Origin: Escherichia coli
Lineage (GTDB): Bacteria; Pseudomonadota; Gammaproteobacteria; Enterobacterales; Enterobacteriaceae
Assembly: GCF_003018255.1 (NCBI RefSeq)
Contig: NZ_CP027440.1
Length of the DNA: 64,000 nucleotides
Reading direction: 5' to 3' (one strand)
A program made the position numbers and the translations under genes. The notes below the pieces were generated by a model. It saw nothing but the letters and a program-made list of their open reading frames with translations. It searched no databases and was not told where the DNA came from. This document shows positions 51,360 through 63,502 of this stretch, piece after piece. Position 1 is the stretch's first letter. Each line of letters begins with the position of its first letter.

Positions 51360-52883
51360 ATGCGCAATACACTCATACCCATCCTCGTTGCGATATGCTT
51401 GTTTATAACCGGTGTCGCTATTTTGAACATCCAGCTCTGGTATTCCGCGAAAGCAGAGTACCTGGCGGGAGCGAGATATGCCGCTAACAATATCAATCAT
51501 ATACTTGAAGAAGCGTCACAGGCGACTCAAACGGCGGTTAACATTGCCGGGAAGGAATGCGACCTCGAGGAGCAATATCAGCTTGGCACTGAAGCAGCTC
51601 TGAAGCCTCACCTGCGCACAATCATCATTCTCAAACAGGGAACGGTCTGGTGTACATCCTTACCGGGGAATCGGGTCCTACTGTCTCGTATTCCTGTTTT
51701 CCCGGACAGTAATTTACTGCTGGCTCCGGCAATCGACACCGTTAATAGATTACCTATCCTGCTCTATCAGAGCCAATTTGCAGATACGCGCATTTTGGTT
51801 ACGATAAGTGATCAGCATATTCGCGAGGCGCTTAATGTACCCTTGAAAGGGGTAAGGTATGTATTACGCGTGGCAGATGACATTATTGGACCTACGGGTG
51901 ATGTGATGACGCTTAATGGACACTATCCCTATACCGAGAAGGTTCACTCTACAAAATATCATTTCACTATTATCTTTAACCCGCCGCCACTCTTTAGCTT
52001 CTACAGACTTATCGATAAAGGCTTTGGGATTTTGATATTTATTCTGTTAATCGCCTGCGCCGCTGCCTTCCTGCTTGATAGGTATTTCAATAAAAGCGCA
52101 ACGCCTGAAGAGATCCTGCGACGGGCTATAAATAATGGGGAGATCGTCCCTTTTTACCAACCTGTGGTAAATGGTCGGGAAGGGACATTGCGGGGAGTTG
52201 AGGTGTTAGCCCGCTGGAAACAACCTCACGGTGGATATATATCACCTGCGGCATTTATTCCACTTGCTGAAAAATCCGGATTAATCGTTCCGCTTACGCG
52301 AAGCCTGATGAATCAGGTTGCCAGACAGATGAACGCTATCGCGAGTAAATTGCCGGAAGGTTTTCATATTGGAATTAATTTTAGCGCCTCGCATATTATT
52401 TCGCCGACGTTTGTCGACGAGTGCTTAAATTACCGTGACAGTTTTACCCGCCGCGATTTAAACCTCGTTCTGGAAGTTACCGAGCGTGAGCCATTAAATG
52501 TTGATGAAAGTCTGGTTCAGCGGTTGAACATTCTGCATGAAAATGGTTTTGTCATCGCGCTGGATGATTTCGGTACTGGCTACTCAGGGCTTTCTTATCT
52601 GCATGACCTGCATATTGATTATATCAAAATTGATCACAGTTTCGTTGGCCGCGTCAACGCAGACCCAGAATCAACCCGAATTCTGGATTGTGTATTGGAT
52701 CTGGCGCGTAAACTTTCGATCAGTATCGTCGCTGAAGGTGTCGAAACGAAAGAACAACTTGACTATCTGAATCAAAATAATATCACATTTCAGCAGGGTT
52801 ATTATTTCTATAAACCTGTTACATACATCGACCTGGTCAAAATTATCCTTTCTAAACCGAAGGTGAAGGTTGTGGTTGAGTGA
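51360..52883 (+). CDS. pdeG: CSS-motif c-di-GMP phosphodiesterase PdeG (YcgG)
   Basis: 507 aa. N-terminal TM, periplasmic CSS domain (VWCTSLPG), second TM, then an EAL domain (EVLARW..., EVTERE, DDFGTGYSGLSYL, QGYYFYKP). Confidence 0.92.
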   Translation: MRNTLIPILVAICLFITGVAILNIQLWYSAKAEYLAGARYAANNINHILEEASQATQTAVNIAGKECDLEEQYQLGTEAALKPHLRTIIILKQGTVWCTSLPGNRVLLSRIPVFPDSNLLLAPAIDTVNRLPILLYQSQFADTRILVTISDQHIREALNVPLKGVRYVLRVADDIIGPTGDVMTLNGHYPYTEKVHSTKYHFTIIFNPPPLFSFYRLIDKGFGILIFILLIACAAAFLLDRYFNKSATPEEILRRAINNGEIVPFYQPVVNGREGTLRGVEVLARWKQPHGGYISPAAFIPLAEKSGLIVPLTRSLMNQVARQMNAIASKLPEGFHIGINFSASHIISPTFVDECLNYRDSFTRRDLNLVLEVTEREPLNVDESLVQRLNILHENGFVIALDDFGTGYSGLSYLHDLHIDYIKIDHSFVGRVNADPESTRILDCVLDLARKLSISIVAEGVETKEQLDYLNQNNITFQQGYYFYKPVTYIDLVKIILSKPKVKVVVE

Positions 52884-53014
52884 AAATCGATCAGTAAGGC
52901 CATAGTGCGGTGTAATTATAGACAGCTAATTAGCTCGTTGCCTCTTGTTACTATTGTTCATTATTTTGTTTGCTATAATTGTTTGAAAGTTTTGACAGGA
53001 TTGCCATTAGTAGC

Positions 53015-53233
53015 ATGAACAATAGTAATAATCTGGATTATTTCACTCTCTATATCATCTTTTCCATTGCATTTATGCTGATCACTCTCCTGGTCATCCT
53101 TATTGCAAAACCCAGTACCGGGCTGGGAGAAGTGCTTGTGACGATAAATTTGCTTAATGCCCTTGTTTGGCTGGCGATCAATCTGATTAATCGATTAAGG
53201 GAAAGACTCGTAAGCCACAGGGATCAGCACTAA
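53015..53233 (+). CDS. ymgF: inner-membrane division-associated protein YmgF
   Basis: 72 aa from MNNSNNLDYFTLYIIFSIAFMLITLLVILIAK..., with two TM segments. Confidence 0.85.
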   Translation: MNNSNNLDYFTLYIIFSIAFMLITLLVILIAKPSTGLGEVLVTINLLNALVWLAINLINRLRERLVSHRDQH

Positions 53234-53630
53234 TCTTTCAGTTTCTCACTGTCAGTATGCGGCTGAATGGGTTGCTGGCAGTGAACGCCTGGATCATTGA
53301 AGAAAGGAATTATTGCGCAAATAGTTGTCAACTCTGGTGTTATCACAGTTGTTTTATATATCATTGAAATAATTTCTATGGCAACTATTAATGGTTTTGA
53401 TGTCGAAGAGTTATTTGTTAAACAAAATCGTCACCCCAAAGTGATCAATGTCATGAAAATAAGGTGAAAAATGATAATGCCGCCTTATTTATCATTTATA
53501 TATTGTCGCTGTTTATCTATTTAAATTTTTTGTGCTTTTGTTTTTGTCTTTACCCTCCGTTTTGGTAATCTGAACTCATAGGTTATTTGACCAGGAATGT
53601 TTGTTAATCCAATGAATGGATGGTTAATCT

Positions 53631-56273
53631 ATGAAACTGAAAAAACTCCCCGGGTTTAGTTTAGGACTTATTGCTTTGGCGGTGGGTAATGCATATGCTG
53701 AACAGTTTATTCAGCACGATGAACCTAAACATGTTGTTGAAATAAAAGATGGAGAAGTAAAAGATATTGATAATGCGCTAGTTATAACAACGGGTAATGG
53801 AAGTTACGGTGTATCTGTTGCAGGAAAGGGTAGCAATTTAACCATTAACAATGGCGTCATTGTAACAACGGGCGGTTTATATCCTTCTGACAATAGTTCT
53901 CTAAGCACAGCATATACAGCTAGCGCAGTCGTAAGTGAATATGGCGGTGCTGTCACTTTGCGGGGTAATAATACGATTGTCACGACGGGAGATTATTCTG
54001 TTGGTTTGTTAAGTCAAGTTGATGGAAACCTGAATACTGATACCATAATAAGAGTCAACCCTGACGGTTCGGCTACCCCCTCTTTTTCTGACGGAGGTAA
54101 TACTTTTATCGTTACTGCGGGTAATCACGCAGTCGGCGTTCTTGCGTGTGCATCTCCCGGAAGCGCGCGTGCGTGTGTATCTTCTCTTGATGAAGAAAGT
54201 ACTGCCGATACAGGAAGTAATGAAAATAACGCCAAAGCAAAACTGGATATGGCAAAAGGGGAGATAACAACCCACGGAACAGAAAGTTATGCCGCTTACG
54301 CTAATGGCACTGTCGTCAAGGAGGGTAGCAAGCTTGATTATACCAATGCCAGCGTTACATTAACCGATGTTGATATCACCACGCATGGGGACAATGCTCA
54401 TGCCATCGCTGCTCGCCAGGGGACAGTTTCATTTAACCAGGGAGAAATTTATACAACGGGTCCTGACGCCGCGATTGCTAAAATTTATAATGGCGGCAAG
54501 GTGACGCTGAAAAATACATCTGCAGTCGCGCATCAGGGGGCTGGAATTGTGCTGGAGTCTTCCATAAATGGTCAGGAAGCAACGGTAGATATTTTATCTG
54601 GTAGCTCACTACGGTCAGCAAATGAAATCCTCTACCATAAAAATGAGACGAGTAACGTGACCATTACGGATAGTGAGGTATCATCGGCTGCAGATGTTTT
54701 TATTAATAATATTAAAGGTCATTTGACCGTCGATGCAACTAATTCAAAAATAACGGGTTCAGCCAATCTTTCAACAGATGATAACACTCATACCTATCTG
54801 TCGCTTTCAGATAATAGTACCTGGGATATTAAAGCTGACTCAACGGTGAGCAAACTCACGGTTGATAATAGTACGGTCTATATTTCCCGGGCAGATGGAA
54901 AGGATTTCGAACCAACAAGATTGACAATAACTGAAAATTACGTTGGTAATAATGGCGTATTGCATCTCAGAACTGAATTGGGTGATGATAATTCAGCTAC
55001 GGATAAAGTCGTTATTAATGGAAATACCTCTGGAACAACCCGAGTTAAAGTTACCAATGCTGGCGGCAGCGGGGCTTACACGTTAAATGGGATAGAGATT
55101 ATCAGCGTTGAGGGGGAATCAAATGGAGAATTTATTAAGGATTCGAGGATTTTCGCCGGTGCCTACGAATATTCATTAACCCGAGGTAATACCGAAGCGA
55201 CCAATAAAAACTGGTATCTGACTAACTTCCAGGCAACGAGCGGCGGTGAAACAAACTCCGGAGGAAGTTCAGCGCCTACTGTTGCGCCTACCCCCGTCCT
55301 GCGCCCTGAAGCTGGAAGTTACGTCGCCAACCTGGCAGCCGCTAACACTCTTTTTGTTATGCGTCTGAACGATCGTGCAGGTGAAACGCGTTACATCGAT
55401 CCTGTAACTTAACAGGAGCGTTCAAGCCGGCTTTGGCTACGTCAAATTGGCGGGCATAATGCCTGGCGTGACAGCAACGGACAGTTGAGAACGACCTCGC
55501 ATCGCTACGTCTCGCAGTTAGGGGCGGATCTGTTAACCGGTGGTTTTACCGACAGTGACAGTTGGCGTTTGGGAGTGTTGGCTGGTTATGCCCGCGACTA
55601 CAACTCAACTCATTCCAGCGTGTCGGATTATCGTTCGAAAGGGAGTGTCAGAGGCTATAGCGCAGGGCTGTATGCCACCTGGTTTGCCGATGACATCAGT
55701 AAAAAAGGCGCATACATTGACACCTGGGCGTAATATAGCTGGTTTAAAAACTCGGTGAAAGGGGATGAATTAGCCTATGAATCCTATAGCGCGAAAGGTG
55801 CAACCGTCTCGCTGGAAGCGGGTTACGGTTTTGCCCTGAATAAATCCTTTGGTCTGGAAGCGGCGAAATATACGTGGCTCTTCCAGCCACAGGCTATCTG
55901 GATGGGCGTCGATCATAATGCGCACACGGAAGCCAATGGCTCACGTATTGAGAATGACGCAAATAACAACATCCAGACCCGACTCGGCTTCCGCACCTTT
56001 ATTCGTACTCAGGAGAAAAACAGCGGTCCGCACGGTGACGACTTTGAACCTTTTGTTGAAATGAACTGGATCCATAACAGTAAAGATTTTGCTGTCTCAA
56101 TGAACGGTGTGAAAGTTGAACAAGACGGGGCGCGTAATCTGGGGGAAATTAAACTTGGCGTAAATGGCAATCTGAATCCGGCGGCCAGCGTCTGGGGTAA
56201 TGTGGGCGTGCAGCTGGGGGATAATGGCTACAATGACACCGCAATGATGGTGGGCCTGAAATATAAGTTCTGA
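53631..56273 (+). pseudogene. ycgH: AIDA-type autotransporter adhesin YcgH, inactivated by two in-frame TAA codons
   Basis: A single reading frame carries a signal peptide, a pectate-lyase-like passenger repeat region and a C-terminal beta-barrel ending ...MVGLKYKF. It is interrupted only by TAA at 55410-55412 and 55731-55733. Confidence 0.88.
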
Positions 56274-56330
56274 TCCCGCCATTAGCTAAAAAACCGCGTC
56301 GAATTCATCGACGCGGTAACATATGAAATA

Positions 56331-56660
56331 TTATTTTTTGCCGATAGCACGCATGGTGTCATCAATTGCCGTGATCAACAGCATTTGCGGGTCTTTAGCG
56401 CAAACCTGATTCAGTTTTTCTACCACTTTGGCGCTTAGTTCCGGAGATTGCTCAATTTTTAAATCACGGCTGGCAACGCTGGCATTACCCATTACCGCAA
56501 CAATTTCTGCAACCTGTGCGCTGTCAGTTTTTGCCATTTCGTTGGCTTCTGCGCAAGTAATATAGGTTTCTGACGGCAAACCGTTTTTAATATTGTAGTC
56601 CTGCGCCCAGGTCATTGGTGCGAAAACAAACAGACCCGCCAGTAAAGCAAATTTTTTCAT
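56331..56660 (-). CDS. ymgD: periplasmic protein YmgD
   Basis: 109 aa with a signal peptide, MKKFALLAGLFVFAPMTWA. Matches K-12 YmgD. Confidence 0.88.
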   Translation of the reverse strand: MKKFALLAGLFVFAPMTWAQDYNIKNGLPSETYITCAEANEMAKTDSAQVAEIVAVMGNASVASRDLKIEQSPELSAKVVEKLNQVCAKDPQMLLITAIDDTMRAIGKK

Positions 56661-56669
56661 CATCATTCC

Positions 56670-57014
56670 TTATTTCATTTTACCCAGAATTGCACCACCC
56701 GTACCGCCAATCACGGCACCTTTAATCGCCCCTTCGAGGCCATTGCCGGTCAGAACGCCAGTGACAGCACCAACGGCGGCACCCACTTTTGCACCTTTAC
56801 GCGCATTTTTACCGTCGCGGCCTTTTTCTGTTACTGCACCAACACCAGCGCCAACAGCTGCACCTTTCAGTACGCCATTAACACCATTGCCAGTAAGTAA
56901 ACCAACGCCTGCGCCTAGCAATGCACCTTTCGTGGTGCGGTTCATATCCGCCATCGCTGGCGTGGAGCAGAACAATGCTGAGATAAGCCCGAAGGCAAGT
57001 ATTTTTTTCTTCAA
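56670..57014 (-). CDS. ymgG: glycine-zipper protein YmgG
   Basis: 114 aa with repeated GxxxG/GAxVG motifs. Matches K-12 YmgG. Confidence 0.88.
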
Positions 57015-57490
57015 CTTAGATGTCCGGTATTAAGTAAGTTGCACACACAATAATTTCGTCTTCAATTAAGATCTGCTTAACTAAAGAACGCTCGCTATTA
57101 TTCAGATAATTCAAAATGAGCGTGACTGTGATGATAGGAATTATGTTTTTTACGGGAATAAGAATAATCTCAAATGATAAATAACTCATTGATTGACAAT
57201 ATTTTTATTCAAGAAGTGTCATTGAGTGTTAATACAATGTTGTAAAGGTAAGATAATCTGATTTATGAATATTATTGTGTGATTTTTATGTGAGCAGAAA
57301 ATATTCATCAGCAATGATTACATTAGTCATTTTATTTTGTCGACGGCCTCATTGTCGAAAAATAAGCGTACAACAGTATTATCAGAAAAGAGTGATTTTT
57401 TATCCAACTACACTTCAGCGCACTGCGTTTAAAAAATGCCTCTTTCTTATGCGGGATATCATTATTTCATCATGATGTCTTTGGTGAGCG

Positions 57491-57934
57491 GTGAACACAA
57501 TACACTTGCGCTGCCTATTCAGGAGCAATCCCCTGGTCTGGTGCCTGCGGGATGATGTTGCAGCAGAGCTAAGGTCACTTAGACGCTACTATCATTTATC
57601 CAATGGCATGGGGTCGAAATCAGTCGATACCCGCAGTATATATCGTGAACTTGGTGCAACGCTGAGTTACAACATGCGTCTGGGGAACGGCATGGAAGTT
57701 GAGCCGTGGCTGAAGGCGGCTGTGCGCAAAGAATTTGTCGATGATAACCGGGTGAAAGTGAATAATGACGGTAATTTTGTCAATGATTTGTCGGGCAGAC
57801 GTGGAATATATCAGGCAGGTATTAAAGCCTCATTCAGCAGTTCGTTAAGCGGGCATCTCGGGGTGGGGTATAGCCATGGTGCCGGTGTGGAATCCCCATG
57901 GAACGCGGTGGCTGGTGCGAACTGGTCGTTCTGA
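57491..57934 (+). pseudogene. ycgI: autotransporter beta-domain C-terminal fragment (YcgI-like remnant)
   Basis: Only the last ~100 aa look like a barrel (…GIKASFSSSLSGHLGVGYSHGAGVESPWNAVAGANWSF). There is no passenger domain or signal peptide. Confidence 0.6.
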
Positions 57935-58299
57935 CCATCAACGATTAAACTGCGCTTCGGCGCAGTTTTCGTTTACCGGGTGCTAAAAGGGAAAATTCTG
58001 CGGCAAAAAAAGCCCGCCAGTTACGGCGGGAAACCTCATCCTATGGGAGAACAATGAATAATGAAATTGCGGGGTTATCATCTCCCAGTATACCCATACT
58101 AACAATAAGGTTATTTACTCAGCCAGGTATAAACAATTTGTTCTGTGTGGGGGGAACGGCATTAAGATGTAAAGGGGGGGAAGCAATGAGTAGCATCAGC
58201 AAGAATACTCGCCGCTCTTATCAAACGTGGATGAGGGGGATGAAAAACTCAAGGCAGAGATGACTCTGCCTTGAAGATAAATGCGCTTTTACAGCGGGC

Positions 58300-58566
58300 T
58301 TATTTCAGCTCTTCTGCTTCCGGTAAGGTCACGTTCAGCTCAAGAATAGAAATATCGCCATCTTTTTGCTCAAGCTGTACGGTTACCATCTCAGGATCAA
58401 TTTGTACGTATTTACAAATGACCTCAAGAATATCTTTACGCAACTGCGGCAGATAATGCGGTTCTGCATCACTGCGACGGCGTTCAGCAACAATAATCTG
58501 CAGCCGTTCTTTTGCAATGTTGGCCGTGTTTTTCTTCCGCGATAGAAAGAAATCGAGTAATGCCAT
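58300..58566 (-). CDS. minE: cell division topological specificity factor MinE
   Basis: 88 aa, [31 protein letters not shown]... Confidence 0.98.
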
Positions 58567-58569
58567 AAC

Positions 58570-59382
58570 TTATCCTCCGAACAAGCGTTTGAGGAAGCCT
58601 TTCTTCTCTTCTTCAATGAAGCGGAAAGGACGTTCTTCTCCCAACAGACGTTCTACGGTATCTGCGTAGGCTTTACCCGCATCGGCGTTAATGTCGAGAA
58701 TGACCGGTTCACCCTGGTTAGAGGCGCGCAATACTGATTGATCCTCAGGGATCACGCCGACGAGTTTGATGCGCAGGATCTCCAGCACATCTTCCATGCT
58801 CAGCATGTCACCTCTGCTTACGCGGCCTGGGTTATAGCGCGTTAACAGCAGGTGCTCTTTAATAGGCTCTTCGCCATTTTCTGCGCGGCGTGATTTCGAC
58901 GCCAGAATGCCTAAAATACGGTCAGAGTCGCGTACTGAGGAGACTTCCGGGTTGGTGGTAATAATGGCTTCGTCTGCAAAATAGAGTGCCATTAGCGCAC
59001 CGGTCTCAATCCCTGCCGGGGAGTCGCAAACAATAAATTCAAAGTCCATCGCTTTCAGATCATCAAGAACTTTGGCGACCCCTTCACGGGTGAGGGCATC
59101 TTTATCGCGAGTTTGCGATGCCGGAAGAATATAGAGATTTTCAGTACGCTTATCTTTAATTAACGCCTGATTTAGCGTTGCATCGCCCTGAATGACGTTG
59201 ACGAAATCGTAAACGACCCGACGTTCACAACCCATAATCAGGTCGAGATTACGCAGGCCGATATCAAAATCTATCACGACAGTTTTCTTTCCCTTCTGGG
59301 CCAAACCAGTGGCGATGGCCGCGCTGGAGGTTGTCTTACCAACACCCCCTTTGCCCGAAGTAACAACAATAATGCGTGCCAT
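58570..59382 (-). CDS. minD: septum site-determining ATPase MinD
   Basis: 270 aa, MARIIVVTSGKGGVGKTTSSAAIATGLAQKGKKTVVIDFDIGLRNLDL..., deviant Walker A. Confidence 0.98.
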   Translation of the reverse strand: MARIIVVTSGKGGVGKTTSSAAIATGLAQKGKKTVVIDFDIGLRNLDLIMGCERRVVYDFVNVIQGDATLNQALIKDKRTENLYILPASQTRDKDALTREGVAKVLDDLKAMDFEFIVCDSPAGIETGALMALYFADEAIITTNPEVSSVRDSDRILGILASKSRRAENGEEPIKEHLLLTRYNPGRVSRGDMLSMEDVLEILRIKLVGVIPEDQSVLRASNQGEPVILDINADAGKAYADTVERLLGEERPFRFIEEEKKGFLKRLFGG

Positions 59383-59405
59383 AGAAATTCCTTGTTAAAA
59401 AGGGA

Positions 59406-60101
59406 TCAATTTAACGGTTGAACGGTCAAAGCGTTTTCGACTAACTGCAGTCGCGCCGCTTTGCCATAAAATTCTGCTGGGATTTGATCACTCAGCCAGT
59501 ATTCACCTGCGATGGACACCAGTTCCGCCATCAGGTTCGTACAAAATATTTGCGTTTCCCGGTCACCACTTGCCCCTGCCAGCGCACGACCGCGCATCAT
59601 GCCATAGACGTGAATATTACCATCGGCAATCAATTCGGCCCCAGCGCTAACGTGGCTTGTAACAATCAGATCACATTGTGGAGCATAAATACGCTGACCG
59701 GAACGCACCGGGGTATCTATTAAACGCGTTTTTGTGACCGGCGTTGTATTTTGCGCTGGAGCCTGCGGTGCGGGAGCTGGACGCGGCGCTTTTTCCTTTC
59801 CTTCCGTCAGGATAGGCAGCCCCATCTTTTCAATTTCGGCTTTAAGTTGCGCATCTTTGCAGCCACTTACGCCAATAACCCGCAAACCGGTTGCCGAAAC
59901 CGCCTTATGCATCGCTGACCAGTTTACCGGGTCTTCCAGTGCACTGACGTTGAGTACAACGGGGGCATGTTTTAAAAATGCGGGGGCCTGAGCGATTTTG
60001 TCTTCCAGCGCCTGATGGATAACCTTAGGTTCTGCCTCATGCAGATGAACCACAGATAAAGTGAAGCTACTGCCTTTAAGCTCGATTGGCGTGTTTGACA
60101 T
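59406..60101 (-). CDS. minC: septum site-determining protein MinC
   Basis: 231 aa from [40 protein letters not shown]... The ORF-track start is 5 codons upstream. Confidence 0.97.
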   Translation of the reverse strand: MSNTPIELKGSSFTLSVVHLHEAEPKVIHQALEDKIAQAPAFLKHAPVVLNVSALEDPVNWSAMHKAVSATGLRVIGVSGCKDAQLKAEIEKMGLPILTEGKEKAPRPAPAPQAPAQNTTPVTKTRLIDTPVRSGQRIYAPQCDLIVTSHVSAGAELIADGNIHVYGMMRGRALAGASGDRETQIFCTNLMAELVSIAGEYWLSDQIPAEFYGKAARLQLVENALTVQPLN

Positions 60102-60619
60102 CCTGGCCTTACTCAATTAGCTATTAATCATCGCCAGCGCGCGATGATGTTCCGAAGACTATAAGGCATGTTATAGTCTGGATTATATTGAGGCAAGTCA
60201 CCCTCCCATTTATTCAGAGTAAAAGTCTATTCTGTGATAAATGGCGCTGATTCATAGCTTAAAAAATACCCTTGTCAATCAACCCATTGCCGTCGTACTT
60301 TTGATTGTTCTTATTTACGCTTCCTTTTTCCGCACCCTAATCGTGACAGCATCTTCAGACCTGTTTAAATATCCAGTATTGAGGCGAGTGTATTTTTTCA
60401 CCACGCCAGGCTTTCTTAACTTTCCATTTTTGCAGCATCATTAAAGAACAGATACCCGTTATCTTAATATCCGCCACAGAATTGCTCTATCATAGAAACC
60501 GCAGAAGACGTCTGATACTTCTGTCAGGTCATCGTAACTCGTCCAGGTCAGCGGTTTTGATTACGGATTGATGATGAAATGAGCATAAGTGTTGTACGGT
60601 TGGATTATCAGGATGTGCT

Positions 60620-60988
60620 ATGAATATGATGCGTATTTTTTATATCGGATTGTCAGGTGTGGGGATGATGTTCTCATCAATGGCGTCTGGACATGACGCT
60701 GGCGGACTTCAATCTCCGGCGTGCGGCGTTGTTTGCGACCCGTATATTTGTGTTAACTCAGATGGCATTTCCCCAGAGTTAACAAGGAAATATCTCGGCG
60801 AAAAAGCCGCTGAAAACTTACAATCATTACAAGGCTACGATCCCAGCGAATTTACATTCGCTAACGGTGTATTTTGCGATGTTAAAGAAAAATTATGTCG
60901 TGATGATCGTTATTTTGGTGTGAATGGTAAGCGGAGTGGAAAAATCAATCAAACCACCACAAAGATGTTATTTATGTGTCGTGAGTGA
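60620..60988 (+). CDS. ycgJ: YcgJ (secreted protein of unknown function)
   Basis: 122 aa, position and length as in K-12. Confidence 0.85.
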   Translation: MNMMRIFYIGLSGVGMMFSSMASGHDAGGLQSPACGVVCDPYICVNSDGISPELTRKYLGEKAAENLQSLQGYDPSEFTFANGVFCDVKEKLCRDDRYFGVNGKRSGKINQTTTKMLFMCRE

Positions 60989-61090
60989 TGTCTTGTTTAC
61001 ATTATGTTCTATTCGTCATTAACCTCTTGAGCGACAGAGAGGAGTGGGGCGTTAACGTTTATGACGGGGAGAGTCCCCGTCGGTTGATAT

Positions 61091-61492
61091 TTACTTAATT
61101 TGAATATCGACGTTATATTTTTTAGTTTTGTTTTTACGGGCGTCGTTTCGGGTTTGCAGCACTCGCAACTCATATTTGCCAGAAGCAGGGAGTGAGTATT
61201 GTCCGTGACTATCGAGTTCTGGGGAATATCTGGATAAATCAACAGAATCATCGATTCCTGGCCCGAAGAGGTAAGTATCAGCGCCTTCATTAGAGATACT
61301 CACATGCACTTTCTGACCTTTTTTGGCATAGAAGGTATATGTATCGTAATCGTATCCCTTTATTTCGCCGGAGTACTGAGCGCTGCTATGGCCTTTTCTG
61401 AACTCAACATTGACATTCTTACCCGCAGCAAAGCTCGTGGAGGTTAGCAGTGCAAGCAACAATACAGCCTTACTGATGCCCTTAATTTTCAT
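61091..61492 (-). CDS. pliG: periplasmic inhibitor of g-type lysozyme PliG (YcgK)
   Basis: 133 aa with a signal peptide. Length and position as in K-12 ycgK. Confidence 0.85.
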
Positions 61493-61700
61493 TGGTAGTC
61501 TCCTGTTCAGAATGAGTACGATGAACTGTTATAATATAACAATTCATCACAGGAGAATTCCAGTGGCTTTCCTGCGTTCGGTTAAATCCCGGCGCGGCAT
61601 TTTTGCCGGGGGGATTACTTATAAAGGGGGCATGGACTGAACAAACCGTAGGAATCTACAGCTGGCTGGCTTGTGGCGCGGGTTTCATTGATGTTAGCTT

Positions 61701-62027
61701 ATGCCAAAACCTGGCATCTTAAAGAGTAAAAGTATGTTTTGTGTGATTTATCGAAGCAGCAAGCGTGATCAGACCTATTTATATGTCGAAAAAAAAGACG
61801 ATTTTTCGCGTGTTCCTGAGGAACTGATGAAAGGTTTTGGTCAGCCTCAGTTAGCGATGATTCTTCCGCTGGATGGGCGGAAGAAACTGGTCAATGCCGA
61901 TATTGAAAAGGTTAAACAGGCATTAACCGAGCAAGGTTACTATTTGCAGTTACCGCCACCACCCGAAGATTTGCTGAAGCAACATCTTTCCGTCATGGGG
62001 CAGAAAACAGACGACACGAACAAATAA
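61701..62027 (+). CDS. ycgL: YcgL (UPF0745)
   Basis: 108 aa, ...[36 protein letters not shown]... Confidence 0.88.
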   Translation: MPKPGILKSKSMFCVIYRSSKRDQTYLYVEKKDDFSRVPEELMKGFGQPQLAMILPLDGRKKLVNADIEKVKQALTEQGYYLQLPPPPEDLLKQHLSVMGQKTDDTNK

Positions 62028-62098
62028 CCGATATCCGGCGGTGGCATTATCTTTGTCGGCGCGGGTTTTCATATCCACGATAAGGTGAGGGGAACGTT

Positions 62099-62758
62099 AT
62101 GTATCAACATCACAACTGGCAAGGTGCGCTGCTGGATTATCCGGTGAGTAAAGTAGTCTGTGTTGGTAGTAACTATGCCAAACATATTAAAGAGATGGGC
62201 AGCGCAGTGCCCGAAGAGCCAGTGCTGTTTATTAAACCAGAAACGGCACTGTGCGATCTGCGGCAGCCATTGGCGATCCCATCCGATTTCGGTTCAGTTC
62301 ATCATGAAGTCGAACTGGCGGTATTGATTGGCGCGACGCTGCGTCAGGCTACGGAAGAGCATGTCCGTAAAGCCATTGCCGGTTACGGCGTGGCGCTCGA
62401 TCTGACATTGCGTGATGTTCAGGGAAAAATGAAGAAAGCCGGGCAGCCGTGGGAAAAGGCCAAAGCGTTTGATAACTCTTGTCCGCTTTCCGGGTTTATT
62501 CCCGCGGCGGAATTCACCGGCGATCCGCAAAATACAACGCTGGGCCTGAGCGTAAACGGCGAACAACGCCAGCAAGGTACGACTGCGGACATGATCCATA
62601 AAATCGTTCCGCTGATCGCTTATATGAGCAAGTTCTTTACCCTCAAGGCCGGTGACGTTGTGCTGACAGGCACGCCTGATGGCGTCGGCCCGTTGCAAAG
62701 TGGTGATGAGCTGACAGTCACTTTCGATGGGCATTCTTTGACAACTCGCGTTTTGTAA
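62099..62758 (+). CDS. ycgM: fumarylacetoacetate hydrolase-family protein YcgM
   Basis: 219 aa, FAH-fold motifs ([12 protein letters not shown]...[11 protein letters not shown]...[10 protein letters not shown]). Confidence 0.9.
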
Positions 62759-62834
62759 TACTTTTTGCCGCCTGAAAGCGGCGGCAAAACTTGCATCGCT
62801 GTGCCAGACTGGTTATAAGGTGCGTTTTAACGTA

Positions 62835-63296
62835 ATGGCGGAACACCTGATGAGCGATGTACCTTTCTGGCAAAGTAAAACCCTGGACGAAATGAGCGAT
62901 GCGGAATGGGAGTCGTTGTGTGATGGTTGCGGTCAGTGTTGCCTGCATAAGCTGATGGATGAAGACACCGACGAAATCTACTTCACTAACGTCGCCTGTC
63001 GCCAGCTCAATATTAAAACCTGTCAATGTCGGAACTACGAACGTCGTTTCGAGTTTGAACCTGACTGCATTAAATTAACCCGTGAAAATCTGCCAACATT
63101 CGAATGGCTGCCAATGACCTGCGCTTATCGCTTGCTGGCGGAAGGTAAAGATTTACCTGCGTGGCATCCGCTGCTTACTGGTTCGAAAGCGGCAATGCAT
63201 GGTGAACGTATCTCTGTGCGTCATATCGCAGTGAAAGAATCAGAAGTGATTGACTGGCAGGATCATATCTTAAATAAACCTGACTGGGCGCAGTGA
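62835..63296 (+). CDS. ycgN: YcgN (UPF0260, Cys-rich)
   Basis: 153 aa from [36 protein letters not shown]... Confidence 0.88.
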
Positions 63297-63502
63297 TAAA
63301 TTTAATAGATGTTGATGGGGGCTTTCTTAATATACGTCTGGATACTCGCCATTTCGTAGCCCTGTTTTTGAAAGCGCTCTGTCATAATGAGAGTTACCCG
63401 ATACCTTATTATCAACAGGTAACTCTCAATCTTTAAAAAACGGCTGTGTTTTTAAATGTGATAAACCTTATACCTTGAGTACATGGAGAGAATAATCGCT
63501 TA

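Noticed and set aside
57275-58263. Small ORFs 57275-57475 and 58054-58263, possibly the K-12 ymgI/ymgJ peptides.
   Set aside because: I cannot recall their sequences well enough to confirm identity, strand or start, so they are left unannotated.
60241-60444. 67-aa ORF between minC and ycgJ.
   Set aside because: It lies in the minC promoter region, is a hydrophobic low-complexity peptide without an SD, and is not a gene I know from K-12.
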